Positions 46,874 to 56,090 of a DNA stretch of 64,000 nt are shown here, in pieces. Positions within the stretch are counted from its first letter, which is position 1. Each line of letters begins with the position of its first letter. The stretch spans positions 17,190-81,189 of the forward strand of contig CAZAYP010000007.1 of NCBI GenBank assembly GCA_964489425.1, read 5' to 3'. Source of the DNA: an uncultured Verrucomicrobiota bacterium. GTDB lineage: Bacteria; Verrucomicrobiota; Kiritimatiellia; RZYC01; CAZAYP01. The notes beneath the pieces are model-generated. The model did no database searches. It was not told where the DNA came from and saw only the letters and a list, made by a program, of their open reading frames with translations. The position numbers were made by a program, and so were the translations under genes.

Positions 46874-47641
46874 TCACGGTTGGCGCACGGCCACGCCGTG
46901 CGACTTGAGGTATTCCTTGACCTGGCCGATGGTGAACGTGCCGAAGTGGAACACCGAGGCAGCCAGGACCGCCTGGGCATGGCCCTCGACCACGGCCTGG
47001 AGGAAGTGCGCCAACTTGCCCGCGCCGCCGCTGGCGATCACCGGCAGGCCGGTGGCGTCGGCAATGCCGCGGGTGAGCGGCAGGTCGTAGCCGTCCAGGC
47101 TGCCGTCCGCCGCCTTGCTGGTTGGCAGGATCTGGCCCGCGCCCAGGGCCGCCATCTCGCGCGCAAACTCGATGGCGTCCTTGCCCGTGGCGGTTCGGCC
47201 GCCGTCAATGTACACCTCGCGTTGCGAGGGCAGGGCGGGGTTCACGTCGGCGTCAATGGCCACGATGATGCGCTCGGCGCCGAACTTCTGGGCCGCTTCC
47301 CTGACCAGGTCGGGCTGGCGGTAGGCGGCGCTGGAGATACTCACGCAGCGCGCGCCGGCGGCCAGGGCCGACTCGATGTCCGCGATGGATTTGATGCCGC
47401 CGCCCACGGTCACCGGCACCTTGACCGCCGCGGTCACCTGGCGCAGCACGTTGAACATGGTTTGGCGTTTTTCCACCGTGGCGGTGATGTCCAGGAAGGC
47501 GATCTCGTCCGCCCCGCCCGCGGCATAGGCCTGGGCGGCTTCGACCGGGTCCGCGGCATCGCGCAGGTCGACAAAGTGCACCCCCTTGACCACGCGGCCG
47601 TTTTTCATGTCCAGGCAGGGGATGATGCGAATAATGCTCAT
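46874..47641 (-). CDS. hisF: imidazole glycerol phosphate synthase cyclase subunit HisF
   Basis: 'MSIIRIIPCLDMKNGRVVKGV…DEIAFLDITA…VPVTVGGGI…ASGGAG' is present. ATG at 47641 is preferred over the 298-aa extended ORF. Confidence 0.85.
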   Translation of the reverse strand: MSIIRIIPCLDMKNGRVVKGVHFVDLRDAADPVEAAQAYAAGGADEIAFLDITATVEKRQTMFNVLRQVTAAVKVPVTVGGGIKSIADIESALAAGARCVSISSAAYRQPDLVREAAQKFGAERIIVAIDADVNPALPSQREVYIDGGRTATGKDAIEFAREMAALGAGQILPTSKAADGSLDGYDLPLTRGIADATGLPVIASGGAGKLAHFLQAVVEGHAQAVLAASVFHFGTFTIGQVKEYLKSHGVAVRQP

Positions 47642-47688
47642 GCAGGCTCCTCTTGTAGGGTGGGGTTGAACTCCGAAGGTCCGCCCGG

Positions 47689-49380
47689 TTACGGTTTGGC
47701 CGGCGGCGCGGGGTTGATCACCGCGGCCGCGCCCAGATCGCCCAGGGCGGCCTTCTGCAGATCCGTCCACAGGGTGCCGGTCCCGGCGTGCAGGATGTTG
47801 ACGGCCAGGTCATCCTTCAGCGCGCGCGCCAGGACCCAGAGGTTGTACGCCACCGGGTCCTGGAACGACTGGATGCGCATCTTGAAGCCGTTGGCTTTCT
47901 CGCCCTCCACCATGCGGATGACGTCCGCCTCGGCCGTGCCCAGCTTGGTCACCCGTTCGGCGCGGACGCCCGCGGTTTGCTTTTCAATTTCCGCCACGAT
48001 CTTCATGGTGCCGCCATTGATTTCCGCGACCTGTTTTTCCTGGTCCGCCTTGATCTCGGCCTTGAGCTTTTCGGTTTCCTGGGCGACCTGCTCGCGGCGC
48101 TGCTCGATGAGGCTGATTTGGGTGTTGAGCTCCGCCTGGATCTTGGCCGTGTTCTGCTTTTCCTTGTTGGTCAGGTCCTGCTCCTGGGCCACGCTGGCCT
48201 GCTGGATCGGGTCGAGGATCTGCATGGGCACATTGACGTGGCGGATCAAAGCGCTGGAAATGATGATTTTCTTGGCCGCCAGGGCCTTGGCCAGGTTCTC
48301 GGTCAGATCTTTTTGGAACATCTCGCGGCCTTCGCCCACGATGAAGTCGCGCGCGCCATAGGCCGAGCCTTTCAGGCGCGAGACCGACAGGATCTGGGGC
48401 ATGATGATTTTATCCACCGCGGCGGGCAGGTCGCCGTAGCTGCGGAAAATCCAGGCGATGTTTTCCGGCAGCAGCTCGAACTCCACGGTCATGTCCAGGC
48501 TGATCTCGAACCCGTCGCGCGACGGGAACTCCACGAACTGGTTGAGCACGAAGGTAGCTTCCGTGGCGGAGTAGCTCGACTTGGAGCCCGGGGCCATCTT
48601 GTCCACCTCCTGCATGGGCGCGGGCGCCAGGTACTGGGATTGCTGCAGGTAATCGCCGCGCTTGGCCTTCTGTTCGCGCAGTTGGTTGGCCTGGAGCGTG
48701 TTCATGGTCTCGTTCTGCGTGGCGATCTGGGTCTTGGTGATGACCGCGCTGCCGGCCTTGCCGAGCAGCGACACCTGGTTGACGCCGATCTCGAGGATGT
48801 CGATCTTGAACTCCATGGGGTTCAGGTAATAGAGCCCCGGCTGCAACACATCCCGGCGCACGCCTTTCTCGCCGCGGGTGGCGAACTGGCCTTCCGGCGC
48901 CTGCTTGCCGGCGAGGGACGTGATGACCCCGTCGTACCCGATGGGGATGCTGATGGCATCCACAACGTCCACGTGGTAGCCCACGGGATTGAGCCGGTAC
49001 TTGCCCGGCCCCAGCACATTGCGCCAGATGCCCTTCTGGCCGGGCTGCGCCAGGAATTCGCCCGGCGGCAGGTCCTCGCCCACCTTGGATGTCACCACGC
49101 CCACCTTGCCGGCGGGGATCACGAGCACCTGCACGATGTCATGCGCGTAGAAGAAGGGGTTGAGGAAATGGCGCCCCTCGCCGAGCACGTCGGCCCGCAC
49201 GCCCTGTTGATCCTGGCCGGCCAGGATCTGCCCCGGCGGCAGACTTTTGCCCACCTTGGAAATCACGACCGCCATCTCGTTGGGGCTGACATAAAACCGG
49301 CAGAAAAACCAGTGCCAGCAGAACCACAATCCCCAAACGGCCAGCGCCAGCAGCACAACGGTACGGATAATATTCTTCAT
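47689..49380 (-). CDS. SPFH/band-7 (flotillin/HflKC-like) membrane protein with N-terminal array of ~35-aa Pro/Gly-rich repeats
   Basis: N-terminal TM. Three or more copies of 'P.G…G..G…vL.PG.Y.LNP' are followed by an SPFH-like core and an Ala/Glu/Gln-rich coiled coil. Confidence 0.55.
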   Translation of the reverse strand: MKNIIRTVVLLALAVWGLWFCWHWFFCRFYVSPNEMAVVISKVGKSLPPGQILAGQDQQGVRADVLGEGRHFLNPFFYAHDIVQVLVIPAGKVGVVTSKVGEDLPPGEFLAQPGQKGIWRNVLGPGKYRLNPVGYHVDVVDAISIPIGYDGVITSLAGKQAPEGQFATRGEKGVRRDVLQPGLYYLNPMEFKIDILEIGVNQVSLLGKAGSAVITKTQIATQNETMNTLQANQLREQKAKRGDYLQQSQYLAPAPMQEVDKMAPGSKSSYSATEATFVLNQFVEFPSRDGFEISLDMTVEFELLPENIAWIFRSYGDLPAAVDKIIMPQILSVSRLKGSAYGARDFIVGEGREMFQKDLTENLAKALAAKKIIISSALIRHVNVPMQILDPIQQASVAQEQDLTNKEKQNTAKIQAELNTQISLIEQRREQVAQETEKLKAEIKADQEKQVAEINGGTMKIVAEIEKQTAGVRAERVTKLGTAEADVIRMVEGEKANGFKMRIQSFQDPVAYNLWVLARALKDDLAVNILHAGTGTLWTDLQKAALGDLGAAAVINPAPPAKP

Positions 49381-50924
49381 GGCGCCACCTCCTTGCCCGT
49401 GGGCAGATAAGGCAGGAACAAGGCCCCCAGTTCGCCGGGTTGGTCACCGCCCAGGATCGTGCTGATGCGCGGGCCGACGCGCTCGTAAAACGCGTGGCGC
49501 GCCAGGTTGATCCCGTTGCCGAACGCCGTGACCTGGTCGCGCAGCACGCCGGCCTCGGCCTCGTTGCGCAGGCGGATGACGTCCCGGTCGGCGCCCGCGC
49601 GCAGGCAGATGGCGTCGGCCTGGGCCGTGGCCGCGTCGTTCTCCAGCCGGGCCACCTCCAGCGCCTGCTGCGCCGCGATTCGGCGCACGGCCTGGTCCTG
49701 CTGGGCCAGGATCACCGCGCGGATGCGGACGGTTTCGGCTTCCACCTTCTCGCGGTTCTGCACCGCCAGCATTTCCTGTTTGGTCAGCTCGGCCTTGGAC
49801 TTGGCCTGCACGATCTGCTCCTCGAACTTGCGCGCGGTCTGCACGGCCACCTCGCGGTCGCGGATGATGCTGGCGATCTCGTCCGGGGGGGTGATGTTGC
49901 GGATCAGCACCGAGCGGATCTCCACGCCCCATGATTCGCACTGCTGCTTGAGGTGCTTTTCCAGGTTGTCCTGGAACTGCTGGCGGGTGTCGCCCATGAT
50001 ATAGTTCTTGGCCGGGTTCTTGCTGCCCTCGATGCGGCTGAACCCGCGCGCCTTGGGCAGGATGATCTTCTGGAGCACGTCGTCCATCTCGCCGACGCGG
50101 TGCGTGACCAGCGCCACCTTGTCGGGGATCAGCGCGTACTCGATCGTGCCTTCCACGGTGACCGTGAACCCGTCGAAGGTCAGGAAGGTGATCGCGTCGT
50201 CGCCGGACATTTCAAAGCGCTGGCTCTGCAGCGTGACCTCCACCACGTTGAACATGTAAGGATTGAGGTAATAGGTGCCCGGGTCGAGGATCGTCGGCAG
50301 CACGCCCTTCATGCCCTCGGTCACGAGAAACCGGTTGCGCTCGGTTTCGGGCAGATCGCTGTTCAGCACATCCTTGCCGACCAGCGAGTTGACCACCCCG
50401 GCGCCGCCGGGCTTCACGGTGATGGCCTCGGCGATCTGCACGTAATAGGCATACGGATTGATGCGGTACTTGCCGGGGCTCAGCACGTCCGGCAGGATGC
50501 CCTTGGTGCCGGCGCGCGCCACGATCTCGCCGCTGGGCAACTCCGCGCCGTACAGGCGGATCTGCACCCCCAGCTTGCCCGCGGGGATGTCGGTGATGCG
50601 GTGGTATTCCCAGCCCCAGGAGTACGGGTTGCGGAAATAGCGGCCCTCGGGCAGCACGTCCAACTGGATGCCTTTCTCGCCCGGGTCCAGCGCCAGGATC
50701 TGCCCGGACGGCAGGTCGCGGCCGGTTTTGTGGATCAGCACGGCGATCTCGCCCGGCCCGGGTTCGATGCGGCAGAACACCCAGAACCAGATCGGCCCGA
50801 ACACCAGCAGGAACAGCATCAGCATCCAGAAGAGCACACACCCGGTGGGCAGCCGGCCCATGGGGCCGGGCGCGGCATGGCGGCGGGTCGGTTCCGGCGT
50901 TGCCTGCAAATCAGTTTCACCCAT
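49377..50924 (-). CDS. SPFH/band-7 family paralogue (tandem with 47689..49380)
   Basis: Same architecture ('…ILPDVLSPGKYRINPYAY…', SPFH core 'TVTVEGTIEYALIPDKVALV', coiled coil). A 4-nt stop/start overlap with the downstream paralogue indicates co-translation. Confidence 0.55.
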   Translation of the reverse strand: MGETDLQATPEPTRRHAAPGPMGRLPTGCVLFWMLMLFLLVFGPIWFWVFCRIEPGPGEIAVLIHKTGRDLPSGQILALDPGEKGIQLDVLPEGRYFRNPYSWGWEYHRITDIPAGKLGVQIRLYGAELPSGEIVARAGTKGILPDVLSPGKYRINPYAYYVQIAEAITVKPGGAGVVNSLVGKDVLNSDLPETERNRFLVTEGMKGVLPTILDPGTYYLNPYMFNVVEVTLQSQRFEMSGDDAITFLTFDGFTVTVEGTIEYALIPDKVALVTHRVGEMDDVLQKIILPKARGFSRIEGSKNPAKNYIMGDTRQQFQDNLEKHLKQQCESWGVEIRSVLIRNITPPDEIASIIRDREVAVQTARKFEEQIVQAKSKAELTKQEMLAVQNREKVEAETVRIRAVILAQQDQAVRRIAAQQALEVARLENDAATAQADAICLRAGADRDVIRLRNEAEAGVLRDQVTAFGNGINLARHAFYERVGPRISTILGGDQPGELGALFLPYLPTGKEVAP

Positions 50925-51037
50925 GGTTGCTTCCTCCTCTTGGGGTCAGCGCGGCTCAGGCCGCATTTCCCCGCATTGCGTCATCGTTGCCCGGTGCAAA
51001 TCAAGTCGAACGAGCGTGCAGCCCGCGGCCGGCCAGG

Positions 51038-52276
51038 TCAGGGCGCGGGCGGCAGCTCGATGTGAAACGCCGCCCCGCCCTCGGGCGGGCGGGCGGCCCA
51101 GATGTTGCCGCCCAGGTCCTGGATAATTTCGCGGCAGATGGACAGGCCCAGGCCGGTCCCGCGCTCCGCCCCTTTGGTCGTGAAAAACGGCTCCCAGATC
51201 CGGTTCAGCAGCGCCTCGGGAATGCCCGGCCCGGTGTCGATCAGGCTGATGCGGATTTTGCCGTCCCGGCTTTCGCCCGTCATGGTCACCTTGCCGCCGC
51301 GCTGGGCGGACATGGCTTCCACCGCGTTTTTGATGATGTTGACGAACACCTGCTCCAGTTGCTGGGGGTTCACCAGCACCGGGGGGATGTCTGCCGCAAA
51401 ATGCTGGACAATTTCCACGTTGTGCTGGCGGGTGAGGTAGCGGCACAGCTTGGCAGCCCGCGCCGCGAGCGTGCCCACGGCGCAGGACTCGCGCTGGTTC
51501 GCCCCTTGGCGCGCAAAGTTGCGCAGGTCTTCAACGATGTTGATGACCCGGTTGATCCCTTCGTGGATCACGTCCATGGCCGGCAAAGTCTCGTCCACGT
51601 ACGTGGTGAGCGCCGTGCGCTGGTCCGGAACGCTGTTGGCCAGCTCCCGCAGGATCGGCGTGATTTTGTCGTACTGGTACTGGGTTTCGTACAGGCCGTT
51701 GCAGATGTAGCCGAGCGCGTTGCTGATCTCGTGGGCCAGGCCGACGGCCAGGGTGCCCAGCGATACCAGTCGGTCGGCGTGGAACAGCTGGCGCGCCCGC
51801 TCCTCGGCCAGGGTTTGCATGCGCGTGGCCAGTTCCCGCGACTGCTGCTCGAGCAACACCTGCTCCTTGATTTTCTCGTGGGCTTCCACCAGGCGGCGGC
51901 CCACGGTCATCCGGCAGTGCAGCTCTTCCAGGTCCAGCGGTTTGGAAATAAAGTCGTGCGCGCCCCGCAGCAGCGCCTCGTGGCGCGCCTTGCGCCCGGT
52001 TTTAACCGTCAACAAGATGAGGTAGATGAACGGGCTTTCCGTTTTGGCGAGGATCTTCTGGCACACTTCCGGACCGCTCAGACCCGGCATGAGCCAGTCG
52101 AGAATGGCGATTTGGGGTGGGTGGTCGCCGGCCAGGATGTTGAATGCGTCTTCGCCGTTGCCGGTTTCCACCACCTCATAGCCCTGGTTAGCCAGATGCC
52201 GGCTCACCAGGGAGCGGATCGTTGCCTCGTCGTCAGCTATGAGAACTTTTACCACCGGTGTCGTTCTGCTTGCCAA
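51038..52276 (-). CDS. response-regulator receiver fused to histidine kinase (REC-HisKA-HATPase_c)
   Basis: 'VLIADDEATIRSLV…ILDWLMPGLSG' (REC), 'AHEISNALGYI' (H-box) and 'IDTGPGI…GTGLGLSI' (G-boxes) are present. Confidence 0.75.
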   Translation of the reverse strand: MASRTTPVVKVLIADDEATIRSLVSRHLANQGYEVVETGNGEDAFNILAGDHPPQIAILDWLMPGLSGPEVCQKILAKTESPFIYLILLTVKTGRKARHEALLRGAHDFISKPLDLEELHCRMTVGRRLVEAHEKIKEQVLLEQQSRELATRMQTLAEERARQLFHADRLVSLGTLAVGLAHEISNALGYICNGLYETQYQYDKITPILRELANSVPDQRTALTTYVDETLPAMDVIHEGINRVINIVEDLRNFARQGANQRESCAVGTLAARAAKLCRYLTRQHNVEIVQHFAADIPPVLVNPQQLEQVFVNIIKNAVEAMSAQRGGKVTMTGESRDGKIRISLIDTGPGIPEALLNRIWEPFFTTKGAERGTGLGLSICREIIQDLGGNIWAARPPEGGAAFHIELPPAP

Positions 52277-52367
52277 AGTACACGCAAACTATAGCCTTGC
52301 ACAGGGTGCGGCGTCAAAAAGTAATTCGTTGTTTTTTTCGTCCGCGCGGCCGTGGTAGGCTGGCCCC

Positions 52368-54335
52368 ATGATCGCAACCTGGCAGCCCCGCAAGGCGTTT
52401 GTCCTGGCCGCCGGCCTGGGCACTCGCATGGATCCGCTGAGCCGTTACCTGCCCAAGCCGCTGATGCCGTTCTGGGGCCGGCCGCTGCTGGCCCACATCC
52501 TGGACCAGTTGGCAGGCTGGGGGGTGGAGGATATTGCCATCAACTGCCACCATCACCCGGCCCAGGTATTCGAGTTCGTGCGCCGGCGCCGCGCGGCCGG
52601 CGGACCGCGCCTGCGGCTGTCGTTCGAGCCCGCGATCCTCGGCACCGGCGGCGCGTTGCGGCAGGCGGATTGGTTTTTCGGGGATGGGGAGGACGACCCA
52701 TTCTGGCTGGTCAACGCCGATGTGGCGCTGGACCTTGACCCGCGCCGCATGGCCGCGCAGTACCACCGCCACCGGCCGCTGGCGGTTCTCTGGCTGCACG
52801 ATCAACTGGGCCCGCGCACGGTGGCTGTGCAGGGCGCCACGATCCGCACCTTCCGCAGCCCGGCGCCGGGCGCCGCCGGCACGCATACCTTCTGCGGCCT
52901 GCACCTGGTGTCGCCGCGCGTGCTGCAGTACCTGCCCGAACATGGCTTTGCCTCGATCATCGCCGCCTATGAAAAGGCCTTGCGCCACGGGGACCGGATC
53001 CTTGGGCACTGGCAGCCGGACGCGTTCTGGGCGGATCTCGGCCTGCCTGGTCAGTACCTGGCCGCGCACGCGGAGGCGCTGGCCCGCCGGCGCGCGCACC
53101 GGCCCGGTGGGCGCCTGGTGGCGGCCGCGGAACTGGCCCGGCAACGCAGCCTGGCGCGGCGCGGGGTGCGGGTCGCGGGATTTGCCAGCGTGGCCGCGGA
53201 CGCGCGCATTGCCCGCGGCGCGCAATTGGAAAACGCCGTGGTCTGGCCGGGCGCGATCCTTTCCGCCGGGGCCGTGGCGCGCAACGTGATCGTGGGGCCT
53301 GGCGCGCGCGTGTCCGGCCCGGTGCGGCACATGGCCGTGCCGGCCGCGGGCTACCTCACCGGCGCGGAAACCGCGGCCCTGCGCCGGCTGCGGCGGCCCG
53401 GCCGGGTGGTCGAGGACCTGGGCGTGGAGGTTTTCCCGCCGCGCGGGTCCGCGCGCAGCTTCATGCGCCTGCGCTCCGGTCATGCCACCCTGATCCTGGT
53501 GCGCTACAGCGCTGAGCGGCCGGAAAACATCGACTACGCCGCCCACAGCCGCTTCCTGCGCGGGCTGGGCCTGCCGGTGCCGGCGGTGTTCTGGCATGAC
53601 GCGCGCCGCCAGTTCCTGCTCATGGAAGACGCCGGCGACACCCACCTGGTGGACATTCTGCACACCTGGCCCGCCGCCCGGCAGATCGCCTTTTACGAGC
53701 AAGTCCTCACGGCCATGATCGCGTTCCACGAACAAGGTTATGCCGCGGCCCGCCGCCGGTCCGGCCTGCGCCTGCAGCCGCCGTTCACCCCGGACCTCTA
53801 CGCGCGCGAGCGCAAGCTCTGCCGCGACGAGTTCCTCTGCCGCCACCTGGGATTGACCGCCGGCCGGGCCCGCGCGATCCTCCGCGACCTGGCGCGGGCG
53901 GCCCGGCCGCTGGAGACGGTGGCGCCCCGCCTCGTGCACCGCGACCTGCAGTCCAGCAACATCCTGGTGGCCGGCGGGCGGTGCGTGTTCATCGATTTCC
54001 AGGGCATGCGCCTGGGCCCGGCCCTGTATGACCTGGCTTCGTTGCTCTGCGATCCATACGTGATGCTGCCGGCCGCCATGCAGGAGCGGTTGCTGGCATT
54101 TTACGCCCGTGGCCAGCCGGGCGCCGCGGACCCGGACCTGTTCTGGCGCGCGGCGATCCAGCGGCTCGGCCAGGCCGTGGGCGCCTACGCGCGGCTCGGG
54201 CGGATCGCCGGCATGGCGCATTTCCATGGCTATATCGCGCCCGCCCTGCGGATGCTGCGCCATGCCGCCGGCCACTTGGGCGTGGGGCCGGCGCTGCGTG
54301 ACTTCCTGGCCGAGTTCGGCGGCCCCGGCGGCTGA
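52368..54335 (+). CDS. tri-domain fusion: sugar-1-phosphate nucleotidyltransferase + hexapeptide (LbH) + APH-type kinase (MurU/AmgK-like or LicC/LicA-like)
   Basis: 'FVLAAGLGTRMDPLSRYLPKPLMPF' (NTP_transferase G-x-G-T-R), 'VWPGAILSAGAVARNVIVGPGARV' hexapeptide repeats and the C-terminal 'LVHRDLQSSNILV…FIDFQGMRLGPALYDLASL' (Brenner/APH motifs) are present. Confidence 0.55.
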   Translation: MIATWQPRKAFVLAAGLGTRMDPLSRYLPKPLMPFWGRPLLAHILDQLAGWGVEDIAINCHHHPAQVFEFVRRRRAAGGPRLRLSFEPAILGTGGALRQADWFFGDGEDDPFWLVNADVALDLDPRRMAAQYHRHRPLAVLWLHDQLGPRTVAVQGATIRTFRSPAPGAAGTHTFCGLHLVSPRVLQYLPEHGFASIIAAYEKALRHGDRILGHWQPDAFWADLGLPGQYLAAHAEALARRRAHRPGGRLVAAAELARQRSLARRGVRVAGFASVAADARIARGAQLENAVVWPGAILSAGAVARNVIVGPGARVSGPVRHMAVPAAGYLTGAETAALRRLRRPGRVVEDLGVEVFPPRGSARSFMRLRSGHATLILVRYSAERPENIDYAAHSRFLRGLGLPVPAVFWHDARRQFLLMEDAGDTHLVDILHTWPAARQIAFYEQVLTAMIAFHEQGYAAARRRSGLRLQPPFTPDLYARERKLCRDEFLCRHLGLTAGRARAILRDLARAARPLETVAPRLVHRDLQSSNILVAGGRCVFIDFQGMRLGPALYDLASLLCDPYVMLPAAMQERLLAFYARGQPGAADPDLFWRAAIQRLGQAVGAYARLGRIAGMAHFHGYIAPALRMLRHAAGHLGVGPALRDFLAEFGGPGG

Positions 54336-54539
54336 ACCCGGCGCCATGTGCTGAAATCAGCCGCGCAAACGAATCGACGGACCGGCCGCGCCCTGTTATA
54401 GAATCCATCCATAAGGGCGCCGCGGCTCCGTTCAACAGCATTTTATCCAGAATGCCGCCAACGGCGCAGCGGCTCAACACAACTTTGATGGGCGGCACTC
54501 TGGATAAAACGCTATTTGTTCGGTGAAGGGATTACGAAG

Positions 54540-55142
54540 ATGAAATCGACCATCCTTGACGTGATCAACAATCGCAAGACCACGAGGGAGTTTAGAAGTG
54601 ATATACCGCCAGAGGAAGACCTCGCGTCCATTCTCGACGCGGCCTGTCGCCCACCATTTGGAGGACACGATGAACCCTTCAGAATCATCCTGCTTCGAAA
54701 CCAAACCAAGATTCAAGAGATAGCCGAGCGACTCAAGGAATACGTGCGCACACACGACCCGGGCGACTGCCCCATGGAGGAGGCCATCTTCTTTGCAACT
54801 TATTTTGAACACGCCCCGACGGTGTTTCTCTGCGCTTGGCACCCGACATGCGTGATTCCTGACTTCGAAAAGAAAATGGAGACAGATTCTGCTGTGCGAG
54901 ATCTCGCCAATGCAATTGGATTGCTCACACTAGGCTCGGCCATCGAGAACCTCCTTCTCTCAGTCCAAGCGTGCGGCTTGGTTGCTGGATACCTAGGACC
55001 GTTCCTTGATCAGACTGGCCTGGAGAGCCTCATCGGTCTGGAGAAACCGTTCAGAGTAGCTGTCATCATTCCTGTGGGATACCCACTGCATCCAGAACCG
55101 AAGAAACCAAGAAACACAGATGCCTTGAAGATTGTGATATGA
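54540..55142 (+). CDS. nitroreductase family protein
   Basis: 'NNRKTTREFRSDIPPEEDLASIL' is a nitroreductase N-terminal FMN-binding motif (R-x-S/T-x-R). Low GC relative to flanks. Confidence 0.6.
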   Translation: MKSTILDVINNRKTTREFRSDIPPEEDLASILDAACRPPFGGHDEPFRIILLRNQTKIQEIAERLKEYVRTHDPGDCPMEEAIFFATYFEHAPTVFLCAWHPTCVIPDFEKKMETDSAVRDLANAIGLLTLGSAIENLLLSVQACGLVAGYLGPFLDQTGLESLIGLEKPFRVAVIIPVGYPLHPEPKKPRNTDALKIVI

Positions 55143-55374
55143 AGTACCGAACCATCGCGGCGCTCACTTCGTTCGCAACTGGCCCCTTCGGCGGTGCGCC
55201 AAGGGGTCGCGTCTTCACATTTTCAACGCCCGCTTGATTAAATGCCGCCCGACTGCGGCGCCTGCTCCGCCCGCACTGCCGGACGGCGCCGATGGTCCGC
55301 CGGGCACTCCCCTTCGACGCCCCGGGGCCAGCCCCATGCCAACTAATCCGATCTGCCCTCCATGCATCGGCTTC

Positions 55375-55435
55375 CGCGCGTGAGCGCAAACTCTGGCCCG
55401 ACGAGTTCCTGTGCCGGCACCTGGGACAGCTTGAC
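55375..55435 (+). pseudogene. ~60-bp remnant homologous to an internal segment of the APH/AmgK-like kinase domain (53801..53860)
   Basis: 'gcgcgtgagcgcaaactctggcccgacgagttcctgtgccggcacctgggac' versus 'gcgcgcgagcgcaagctctgccgcgacgagttcctctgccgccacctgggat' (~85% identity). Translation is 'ARERKLWPDEFLCRHLG' versus 'ARERKLCRDEFLCRHLG'. Confidence 0.6.
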
Positions 55436-55486
55436 CGGCAGCTTTCTATTATGCATAGTCTTACTATACATAACGGAGGTGGTTTT

Positions 55487-55723
55487 ATGCAGGCAACGGT
55501 AGTAGATTTGCGATACCATATGAACGATGTCCTCAAAGCGCTCGACCGCAATGAGGATGTAGACATACTATATCGCGGCAAAACAAAGGGGGTGCTGGTG
55601 GCTAAGGTAGACCGCACCGGGAAAAAGGTTGAAGAGCACACCTTCTTCAATATGCGCGGATCCGGGCACTCCGTCGCCACGCAAATGGATCGTCTGCGCG
55701 GGGGGCGTTATCGTGATATTTGA
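55487..55723 (+). CDS. Phd/YefM-family antitoxin
   Basis: RBS GGAGGT lies 7 nt upstream. 'MQATVVDLRYHMNDVLKAL…GKTKGVLV' matches the Phd/YefM N-terminus. 78 aa. Confidence 0.6.
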   Translation: MQATVVDLRYHMNDVLKALDRNEDVDILYRGKTKGVLVAKVDRTGKKVEEHTFFNMRGSGHSVATQMDRLRGGRYRDI

Positions 55724-56090
55724 TACTGATATCTTCATATGGATCGAGCGAGGCAACCGCAAGGCGGCGCGCCTCGTTGAGCAGGAGGAAGAGCGCTTTA
55801 TCTCCGTACAGACTTATCTGGAATTGCTGCAATGTGCAGAGAACAAGGCGCAACACGATTGCACGAAGCAGTTCCTGAGGGATTTTGGATTCAGGACGCT
55901 TCCTCTTTCTGACAACATCGGCCATCGGGCGACGGTGTACATTGAAGAATACTCGCTATCTCACGGCCTCAGAGCTGGCGATGCGCTCATCGCAGCAACG
56001 GCCACGGAAAACAACATGATCCTATGCACAAGCAACACAAAGCACTTCAGGCCGATCAAGGATCTGAAACTCAAGGTGTTCCACCCATGA
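55713..56090 (+). CDS. vapC: PIN-domain toxin (VapC-like)
   Basis: GTG start overlaps the antitoxin stop by 11 nt. 'VIFDTDIFIW' contains the first PIN acidic residue (D). '…ATATENNMILCTSNTKHF' is the C-terminal PIN region. Confidence 0.55.
   Translation: MIFDTDIFIWIERGNRKAARLVEQEEERFISVQTYLELLQCAENKAQHDCTKQFLRDFGFRTLPLSDNIGHRATVYIEEYSLSHGLRAGDALIAATATENNMILCTSNTKHFRPIKDLKLKVFHP

Noticed and set aside
46880-52294. Series of plus-strand ORFs (46880..48361, 47788..49410, 49953..51065, 50900..52294) antisense to hisF, both SPFH genes and the REC-HK gene
   Set aside because: All are low-complexity Arg/Gly/Leu/Ala/His-rich translations mirroring well-supported minus-strand genes.
52314-54347. 677-aa minus-strand ORF covering the NTase-kinase fusion gene
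   Set aside because: The plus strand has the GxGTR NTase motif and Brenner kinase motif. The minus product is Arg/Gly/Ala-rich.
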